From an uncultured Candidatus Saccharibacteria bacterium (GTDB taxonomy: Bacteria > Patescibacteriota > Saccharimonadia > CAILAD01 > BJGX01): DNA of 64,000 nt. Below the pieces are notes generated by a model. The model was not told where the DNA came from. It ran no database searches and worked only from the letters and a program-made list of their open reading frames with translations. The DNA is taken from NCBI GenBank assembly GCA_964610335.1, contig CAZSVP010000003.1, positions 13,531 to 77,530 of the forward strand, in the 5' to 3' direction. The position numbers and the translations under genes are program-made. Positions 35,680 through 42,990 of this stretch are shown here, one piece after another (position 1 is the first letter of the stretch; each line of letters begins with the position of its first letter).

Positions 35680-36417
35680 ATGAGTGATCCAGAAAATCCA
35701 ATCCAGCCTAAACCCGAGGGTACTCAGTTCTCGCCAGATCTTACGCCGCCAGATGATATTGAAATACTTCGGCAGCGCAATGCTGAGTTGGAAGCCGAAA
35801 ATCAGCTTTTGCGCCAAAAGCTCAAAGCGGCCAACGTCGGATTATTTCATGATCGGCGTCATATCCATGAGCTCGAAGATAAGCTAGAGCACGACGAGCA
35901 GACAGGCCTGGCCAACGAAGCAACTCTTAATACTTGGTTAGAAGCATGTATAGAACAGGGTACTGACAATCTTTGGTTGATAGGAATAGATGTAGACAGG
36001 TTTAAAGATGTTAACGATACTATGGGGCATCCGGCGGCGGATAGGGTGTTGATTGAGGTTGTAGGCAAAGAGCTGCAGTTATTAATTCGGCGCGGAGACA
36101 TTGCCGCTCACTTGCATGGTGACGAGTTTGCAATTGCACTGGCAGGGCCAACGCGCGAGCGAGTAGAAGAGATTGCCAAGGGTTTGCTCGCTACTTCCAA
36201 TAGCCTTGGACTAAGCAAGAATGGCTTTGTAGATATGGATGATCCAGCTCAAGCCGCTCAAGCCATTCGGGTGCAAATGAGCATTGGTGCTGCAGAATGG
36301 CGCCCCGGTATGTCGCTTCAACAGCTACGAGAACAGACCGACCGGGCACTGTATGATGCCAAAGAAGCTGGTCGCAACACTTTTGCTATCCGTTCTGATC
36401 GTCCTACTTCGACATAG
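35680..36417 (+). CDS. GGDEF-domain protein (diguanylate cyclase-like) with an N-terminal coiled coil. The A-site reads HGDEF, and an RxxD I-site is present.
   Basis: GLANEATLNTWLE…LIGIDVDRFKDVND..GH.AADRVL…RRGDIAAHLHGDEFAIAL. RRGD lies five residues before HGDEF, as in PleD (RESD…GGEEF). Confidence 0.8.
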   Translation: MSDPENPIQPKPEGTQFSPDLTPPDDIEILRQRNAELEAENQLLRQKLKAANVGLFHDRRHIHELEDKLEHDEQTGLANEATLNTWLEACIEQGTDNLWLIGIDVDRFKDVNDTMGHPAADRVLIEVVGKELQLLIRRGDIAAHLHGDEFAIALAGPTRERVEEIAKGLLATSNSLGLSKNGFVDMDDPAQAAQAIRVQMSIGAAEWRPGMSLQQLREQTDRALYDAKEAGRNTFAIRSDRPTST

Positions 36418-36446
36418 GTAGACAGTGGATCACAGATCTGGCGCTG

Positions 36447-37637
36447 ATGCGTTATAGTAGTAGTATGAATCTACTCGATCTAGTGCTGATAGTAGTAATA
36501 ATCGCCGTGGTGGTGCGCTGGGTACGCATAGGCCTAGTCCAGGGCTTGTTTTCGCTCGGTGGAGTACTACTTGGTCTGCTCATCGGCGTACTAGTAGCGC
36601 CATTTGCCATGAAGCTATTTGACGATGCTACCATGCGCTTTTTGGTGGCGCTGGCTGTGATAGTACTCATAGCCGGGGTAATTGATAGTTACTGTGAGGT
36701 GATGGGTCACAAGCTCAGTACTAAGATCGAGAAACCAGCTGCAATCAAGCTCAACTCCATACTAGGTGGCGCCTTTGCGGTATTTGCTGTACTGGTATCG
36801 ATATGGTTGGCAGCAGCCATGCTGGCTGGTAGCCCTTCGAAGGCACTCAACAACCAGATTCAAAACTCGGCCATTGTCCAGGCACTCAATCGCAATCTAC
36901 CAGCCGCACCACCAGTAGTAGCGCGTCTAAATGGGCTTATTCAGCCGCTCGACTTTCCACAGGTATTTGTTGGTCCGCCGCCCAAACTATCTGAGCCAGT
37001 TGCTCCGGCTGGCTCGGCGACTGTCCAAGCGGCCGTACGTGCTGCCGGCCGCTCGACGGTTCGGATCGAAGCGCTGGGTTGCGGTGGCGTACAAGCAGGC
37101 TCTGGTTGGGTAGCACGCGAGGGTATGGTTCTGACCAACGCTCACGTCGTGTCCGGTACTCGTAGCACACAAATAGTCGACACCGCCGGCCGGCACGACG
37201 CCACTGTAGTGTACTTCGATCCTGACTTAGATGTAGCCGTACTACGCACCGATGGTGACTTAGCCGGGCAACCCCTGTCAGTAGCTGGTCAACTAGTAAG
37301 CCGGGGCAGTGAGGCAGTGATACTTGGATTTCCTGGTGGTGGTGAGTTTCATGCCGAGGCCGCTGCCATAGCTCGCCAGATCGATGCCAAGGGACTCAAT
37401 ATCTACGGCACGCGTACCATTACGCGCAGTATCTATGAGCTTCAAGGCCGCGTGGTGCAGGGCGACAGTGGTGGCCCGGTAGTGCAAGCCGATGGCATGG
37501 TAGTGGGCATGACCTTTGCCGCCGCCGAGGATAGCCCGGACATTGGCTACGCCCTCACTTCGCCACAGCTTATCCATATTATCAACGCCACTGCTGGCTA
37601 CACGCGAGCGGTCAGTACGCAAGCCTGTAGTAGATAG
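36447..37637 (+). CDS. CvpA-family membrane domain fused to a trypsin-like serine protease (MarP/Rv3671c-like)
   Basis: N-terminal four-TM CvpA-like region, then a C-terminal chymotrypsin fold with the His (LTNAHVV), Asp and Ser (GDSGGPVV) triad. Confidence 0.8.
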   Translation: MRYSSSMNLLDLVLIVVIIAVVVRWVRIGLVQGLFSLGGVLLGLLIGVLVAPFAMKLFDDATMRFLVALAVIVLIAGVIDSYCEVMGHKLSTKIEKPAAIKLNSILGGAFAVFAVLVSIWLAAAMLAGSPSKALNNQIQNSAIVQALNRNLPAAPPVVARLNGLIQPLDFPQVFVGPPPKLSEPVAPAGSATVQAAVRAAGRSTVRIEALGCGGVQAGSGWVAREGMVLTNAHVVSGTRSTQIVDTAGRHDATVVYFDPDLDVAVLRTDGDLAGQPLSVAGQLVSRGSEAVILGFPGGGEFHAEAAAIARQIDAKGLNIYGTRTITRSIYELQGRVVQGDSGGPVVQADGMVVGMTFAAAEDSPDIGYALTSPQLIHIINATAGYTRAVSTQACSR

Positions 37638-37761
37638 GTATTAAAACGAATTCGAGACCCTAGAATATCTAGAGTCTCATGGGCTGACGAGTCCTATTGC
37701 AGCTCGTCACACCCGCCTCTCAGCTGTTGCTCAACGGTGTGAGCATGGATTTGACCTCCTT

Positions 37762-38076
37762 TTAGCCGGTCAGCGTACTGTCACTAGCTGCCAGCAAGCA
37801 CATGATGGCGTCGGCCAGGCAGGAGAAGCCGAGTTCGAGCGTGGCGCTGAGCTCTGCTCCTGCATGATCGTAGGCCTCGTAGTGCACTTGGTAGCAGACG
37901 TGGCAGTAACTGGCGTGGATGTGGCCGACGTGGGTGCAGCCGTGCTCACTGAGCACTACTACGTCGCGTTGGCCGCCGACAACATTGCTGTGGTGGGCGT
38001 AGATGTCGACTTCGGATGTGATAGTGATAGTCTCGTATAGACTACCTCCTTGTGTGGTGGGTACATTGACAAACAT
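37762..38076 (-). CDS. Hypothetical His/Cys-rich protein
   Basis: ORF only. Confidence 0.25.
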   Translation of the reverse strand: MFVNVPTTQGGSLYETITITSEVDIYAHHSNVVGGQRDVVVLSEHGCTHVGHIHASYCHVCYQVHYEAYDHAGAELSATLELGFSCLADAIMCLLAASDSTLTG

Positions 38077-38114
38077 CAGTATACTCCCGAGCGCTCCAAA
38101 AATCGAGTCCAGGG

Positions 38115-38447
38115 CTAATACCGCTCAGCGGCGGCCTGCAAGTAACGCACCAGAGCTTGGTTGTCTACGAAGTTTTGGCCCACCGCATGGCCGACACTCA
38201 GATCGGGTAGCAAACAAACCTGCAGCAGCTCAGTGGGGTAGGCGTAGGCTCGACCGACCTCGTCGCCTCCGTGATAGACGGCGAAGAGGTAGCTGTGGCC
38301 GAGCTTGTTGCGAATGCCCACAAACCACTCATTGGGTTTGTCGAACACCCCGAGGTTGAAGGTGTGGCAGCGCAGCCGATACAAGCCACCATGCACACAA
38401 TCCGACAAGGCAATATATTCAGGTACTTGGTGCGGCACCGCACTCAC
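38115..38447 (-). CDS. Hypothetical protein
   Basis: ORF only, with no recognisable motif. Confidence 0.3.
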   Translation of the reverse strand: MSAVPHQVPEYIALSDCVHGGLYRLRCHTFNLGVFDKPNEWFVGIRNKLGHSYLFAVYHGGDEVGRAYAYPTELLQVCLLPDLSVGHAVGQNFVDNQALVRYLQAAAERY

Positions 38448-38568
38448 CTCCCTTGGGGTCCGAGTGATGCAGGGTATTATACTCTCAGCTTAGCTGTACT
38501 ACCACTAGGTTTGATACCAGCCCATCATTACCTTACAATTAGTAAGTAATAATTTAGGAGATATACCC

Positions 38569-38966
38569 ATGCGACCAGTTCACTTTGAAATCCACGCCGC
38601 CGACCAGCAGCGTTGTGCCAAGTTCTATGAAGCAGTATTTGGCTGGAAGGTTACCAAGATGCAAATGCCCGACTTCGAATACTGGCTAGTTACTACCGGC
38701 CCAGAGGGACACCTGGCATCGATGGTGGCATAGTTAAGCGCATGGGCGACAATCCTGACCCGAAAGATCCCACTCCGGTGACCGGCTATGTCTGCACTAC
38801 CGAGGTAGAAGATATCGATGCAGTTATCCAGAAGATCGATGCAGCAGGCGGCACGGAGGCGTTGCCGAAGGGCAAGGTAGATGGTGTCGGCATACTGGCC
38901 TATTACAAAGATACTGAGAGCAATATATTTGGCATCCTCCAGCCTGAGACTCCGGCAAAGAAGTAG
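38569..38966 (+). pseudogene. Frameshifted glyoxalase/bleomycin-resistance (VOC) family gene
   Basis: The frame from 38569 gives MRPVHFEIHAADQQRCAKFYEAVFGWKVTKMQMPDFEYWLVTTGPEG and then a stop at 38731. The offset frame continues …GIDGGIVKRMGDNPD…TTEVEDIDAVIQKIDAAGGTEALPKGKVDGVGILAYYKDTESNIFGILQ, which is the VOC C-terminal half. A one-base indel lies near 38695-38712. Confidence 0.6.
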
Positions 38967-39004
38967 TTCTAGCCACAACCTGACAAAGAGGGTAGAATTA
39001 AGGA

Positions 39005-41521
39005 ATGCTAACATCCGAAACCAAGAAACATATCGATGCTGCCCGCCAGGTTTTGGTTGGGAAAGTGCCGGACCCAAAACAACAGATAGATCAGATTACG
39101 AATGCGCTGATTTATAAGTTCATGGATGACATGGATATTAAAGCTAAAGATGCCGGCGGTAAAGCGTCGTTCTTTACGGGTGATTTAGAGCAATATGCAT
39201 GGACAAAGCTAATGGATCCACGCAAGGGTGCTCAGGAACGGCTCAATATGTACACTGAGGCGTTAGAAAAGTTTAGCACTGCCAATCAACTGCCGCAATT
39301 ATTCCGCGATATCTTTCGCCAGGCCTTTTTGCCATATCGCGACCCAGAAACCCTCAACTTGTTTCTAAAAGAAATTGAATATTTTGACTACAACCATTCT
39401 GAAGAGCTTGGTAATGGGTTTGAATACTTGCTAAGTATTATGGGCTCGCAGGGCGATGCCGGACAGTTCCGCACTCCACGACACATTATTGATTTTATTG
39501 TAGATATTATCGACCCAGACAAAGACGATACCATTCTGGACCCAGCTTGCGGTACGGCTGGATTCCTTATTAGTGCCTACAAACACGTAGTAGGAAAGCA
39601 CGATGGGGTGGACGAAGATGGCAAAAAGAACGAAGAAGTACCGTTAACACACCAAGAAAAACAAAAGCTCATGGGCAACCTAGAGGGTTACGACATCAGT
39701 AGTGATATGGTGAAGCTTGCCAGGGTAAATATGTACTTACATGGCTACAATCAACCCAAGATTTTTGAGTACGATAGCCTAACTAGTGAAGAGCGCTGGA
39801 GCGATAGTTTTGACGTAATCTTAGCCAACCCGCCATTTATGAGTCCAAGGGGTGGTATTCGCCCACATAATAAATTTGGCGTGGAATCTTCTCGTGCCGA
39901 AGTGTTGTTTGTTGACTACATTATGAGCCACCTCAAGCAGAATGGTCGCGCTGGTATTATTGTGCCAGAGGGCATCATTTTCCAAAGCGGCAAAGCGTAC
40001 AAACAACTCCGCAAAGCTTTGGTTGAAGATGGGCTATTGGCAGTTATTTCTTTGCCGGCTGGAGTATTTAACCCATATTCTGGTGTGAAAACCAGTGTCT
40101 TGGTCTTTGACAACAATAGCGCCAGGAAATCGAGCAGTATTCTATTTGCCAAAGTTGAGAACGACGGATTCGATTTGGGAGCACAGCGTAGGCCAATTGC
40201 CAAGAATGATTTGCCAGCACTTGCCATGCTGCTTAGAAAGTATAGAGAAAAACCCAATGCAGATATTAACTCGTTAAAGGATGAGCTTGTTAAATCCAAA
40301 GATTTTTTTACTATTGGTAAAAGCACAATAGGTGGGCAAGATGCAATCGGCTCTCCAGAAGATTTTAGGCACTTAGAAGTCGCAACAGTTAGTAGGACCG
40401 AACTCGCAAAAACAGGTGAATATAACCTGAGCGCTTCGCGCTATGTTGTTGCGGAAGTAAGTCAAAACCAAAAATGGCCGATGATTGCTATAGACGAAGT
40501 AGCTGAAGTTAAGCGTGGAACGTCAATTACAAGTCGAGATTTGCTGGAGGGTAATGTACCGGTCGTAGCAGGCGGCCAAAAACCGGCGTATTACCATAGT
40601 CAGGCAAATAGAGAGGCGCCGGTTATTACTGTTAGCGGTTCTGGTGCTTACGCAGGCTTTATTAACTACTTTACAGAGCCAATATTTGTTTCGGATTCTT
40701 CCTCTGTCAAGTCAAGTAATGAAAATACGGTATTAACACGCTACCTCTATTGGGTACTTAAAGGTAACCAGGAAAAAATTTACGCTTTGCGAAGCGGAAT
40801 GGCGCAACCACATGTCTATGCTAAAGATTTGGCTAAATTCCAAATTCCATTGCCGCCGATTGAGGTGCAGAAAGAAATTATTGCTGAATTAGATGGCTAC
40901 CAAAAAATCATCGATGGAGCCCGCCAAATCATTGAAATCTACAAGCCCACGATAAAAACTGATCCTGCTTGGGATGTTGTAAAACTTGGTGATATTGGTC
41001 CAGTTAGGATGTGTAAAAGAATATTGAAACACCAGACTACCAATAATAATACCGATATACCGTTCTTTAAGATTGGTACATTTGGCAAAAAGCCTGATGC
41101 ATATATTCCACAGAATGTTTACCAAGAATATAAATCAAAATACCCATTTCCCAATAAGGGCGACGTTTTGATAAGTGCATCTGGTACTATCGGAAAGACT
41201 GTTGTTTATGACGGTAAACCAGCTTATTTTCAGGATAGCAATATCGTCTGGATTGAAAACAACGAAAAACGAGTTACCAATTCCTACTTAAATGTAGTAC
41301 TGCAAAGCATAAAATGGAATGCTCAAATAGGAGGGACTATAGCACGACTATATAACGATATTATTATGAATACTGAGGTAGTCTTGCCACCCATTGGAGT
41401 ACAGCAACAGCTTACTAAGGAGTACGATGAAGAAGCTAGAATAATTGACGCGAATAAAAGACTGCTTAAGATTTATGAGCAAAAAATACAGGACAAAATC
41501 GCCGAGGTTTGGGGAAATTAA
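39005..41521 (+). CDS. hsdM: Type I restriction-modification methyltransferase fused to the specificity subunit (HsdM-HsdS fusion, two TRDs)
   Basis: HsdM N-domain, AdoMet motif I (DPACGTAGFL), NPPF motif IV (LANPPFMSP), and then about 350 aa containing two HsdS-type target-recognition domains and conserved spacer helices. Confidence 0.85.
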   Translation: MLTSETKKHIDAARQVLVGKVPDPKQQIDQITNALIYKFMDDMDIKAKDAGGKASFFTGDLEQYAWTKLMDPRKGAQERLNMYTEALEKFSTANQLPQLFRDIFRQAFLPYRDPETLNLFLKEIEYFDYNHSEELGNGFEYLLSIMGSQGDAGQFRTPRHIIDFIVDIIDPDKDDTILDPACGTAGFLISAYKHVVGKHDGVDEDGKKNEEVPLTHQEKQKLMGNLEGYDISSDMVKLARVNMYLHGYNQPKIFEYDSLTSEERWSDSFDVILANPPFMSPRGGIRPHNKFGVESSRAEVLFVDYIMSHLKQNGRAGIIVPEGIIFQSGKAYKQLRKALVEDGLLAVISLPAGVFNPYSGVKTSVLVFDNNSARKSSSILFAKVENDGFDLGAQRRPIAKNDLPALAMLLRKYREKPNADINSLKDELVKSKDFFTIGKSTIGGQDAIGSPEDFRHLEVATVSRTELAKTGEYNLSASRYVVAEVSQNQKWPMIAIDEVAEVKRGTSITSRDLLEGNVPVVAGGQKPAYYHSQANREAPVITVSGSGAYAGFINYFTEPIFVSDSSSVKSSNENTVLTRYLYWVLKGNQEKIYALRSGMAQPHVYAKDLAKFQIPLPPIEVQKEIIAELDGYQKIIDGARQIIEIYKPTIKTDPAWDVVKLGDIGPVRMCKRILKHQTTNNNTDIPFFKIGTFGKKPDAYIPQNVYQEYKSKYPFPNKGDVLISASGTIGKTVVYDGKPAYFQDSNIVWIENNEKRVTNSYLNVVLQSIKWNAQIGGTIARLYNDIIMNTEVVLPPIGVQQQLTKEYDEEARIIDANKRLLKIYEQKIQDKIAEVWGN

Positions 41522-41555
41522 GCGTTTACACAATTAACGATTGGGGTTTAACGTA

Positions 41556-42980
41556 CTATTTATCCCCTTGAGGTGCTTTTCTGGAGTTCTCAACAATCGA
41601 GCCAGTCATATTTATTAGTTCTTTTGGAGACATAAAATCAAACATTATCCTCTGCCAGGTACCACCAAATATTGCACAACTCATAACTTTACCATCAATT
41701 TTTGCTGTGATAACAGGAACCTTATTATTACCGAATAACTCACGTAAGAGCGGGTCGGCATATTTTTGCTCGTAAGAGCTCATATTTCTAGTTTCAAAAT
41801 CAAAGCCGTTTATTTTCATCAAGTGCTTGAGGGCAGGTATGTGTAAATATACTAGCAAAAACTCCTCTCCTGCCATTAACTTGCTTTGTCTTTGCATGCC
41901 TAAAGTTTCAGAAAACAACAAACTTCTAGGTTTGATTGTTTGGATGCCCATCATATGTTGTAGCGCAAAGACGGGTAGCTTTTGTGCTTGTTCCGCTATC
42001 AAACCTAAATCATAACGCTCGTTAATTCTAAACCTAAAGAACCGCTCGTCTATACTTGTTAATGGCTTACTGCCGTATGCAAAGAAAATACAATAGTCTA
42101 CCAACCCAGTAGCGTATTTAGCACCGTTAGTTTCCATATCTTTTATTACACTTCTGACGGCTACAGACCAGCTCTTTTCATCACGCTTCTCTTCTAGTAT
42201 TGTTATATTTTCGTCCGTTTTGATATTGGTACGTACTTTACTACCCCAGCCACGATACTTGAGCGCGGTACTAGCTCTTTGATGTTGACGTAAAGTTCTG
42301 GTTACTTGTTTGGAGGTTTCAATAGGATTTTTAGACCTGGTTAGCAAGGCCTCGGCCTTTGTTTTGAACTCCTCTATATCTTTACTCGAAAAGGTTTCAA
42401 GTATTTTGAAGTTTACTTCGCCGGTCTTTACCTCTATTAGTTGATTTACCCCAGTTTTGGTATTTAAGCAATAAAAGTCGCATATTTGAAAGAAACTCGT
42501 TAAATCTGTCGCAAATGCGAATTGATTAGGGTCTTTATTAAAGTGGTCGAGTGATTTTTGTATACTCCGCCAGTTTTGCACCTCTAAAGGGCTATGCTTT
42601 TTAGGCTCTAGAAATACGTTCCTAATCGCACTAATATCGTGTTTTAGCATTATCCAAGCAATGCAGTCAGCATAATCTCTCAGAAGGGCAAAAATGTAGT
42701 GTTCATTATATGGCTTTTCAAACTCTAAGTTTTTGGATTTTAGGGCTTTCTCTAGTTTTAAGCGTTCCTTAATAATAATCTTCTGGGCTTCTTTGTATGA
42801 CCAATTTACGAAAGTACTAAACTCTATCCGCTTTTCTTTGGTGGCAAAAATAGAGTGAGTGATTTTAGGGCTTAACTCCTTAATACCATTTACTTGTGCA
42901 TACTTTTCGAAACCGGCACTAAAGCAGTATTTGTTAAGATCGCGAATGATTTTATGGACGTACTTTTTGGATACCAGCAT
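41556..42980 (-). CDS. Unknown 474-aa protein co-oriented with hsdR and 10 bp downstream of it. It has a possible PD-(D/E)xK-like motif, and an R-x4-H (HEPN-like) dipeptide pattern is present.
   Basis: AT-rich ORF with no P-loop. Candidate motif …ATDL…CDFYCLNTKTGVNQLIEVKTGE (D…(14)…E-V-K after a hydrophobic strand). RTLRQH is present. Its position is inside the RM locus. Confidence 0.55.
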   Translation of the reverse strand: MLVSKKYVHKIIRDLNKYCFSAGFEKYAQVNGIKELSPKITHSIFATKEKRIEFSTFVNWSYKEAQKIIIKERLKLEKALKSKNLEFEKPYNEHYIFALLRDYADCIAWIMLKHDISAIRNVFLEPKKHSPLEVQNWRSIQKSLDHFNKDPNQFAFATDLTSFFQICDFYCLNTKTGVNQLIEVKTGEVNFKILETFSSKDIEEFKTKAEALLTRSKNPIETSKQVTRTLRQHQRASTALKYRGWGSKVRTNIKTDENITILEEKRDEKSWSVAVRSVIKDMETNGAKYATGLVDYCIFFAYGSKPLTSIDERFFRFRINERYDLGLIAEQAQKLPVFALQHMMGIQTIKPRSLLFSETLGMQRQSKLMAGEEFLLVYLHIPALKHLMKINGFDFETRNMSSYEQKYADPLLRELFGNNKVPVITAKIDGKVMSCAIFGGTWQRIMFDFMSPKELINMTGSIVENSRKAPQGDK

Positions 42981-42990
42981 TCAAGGCTCG

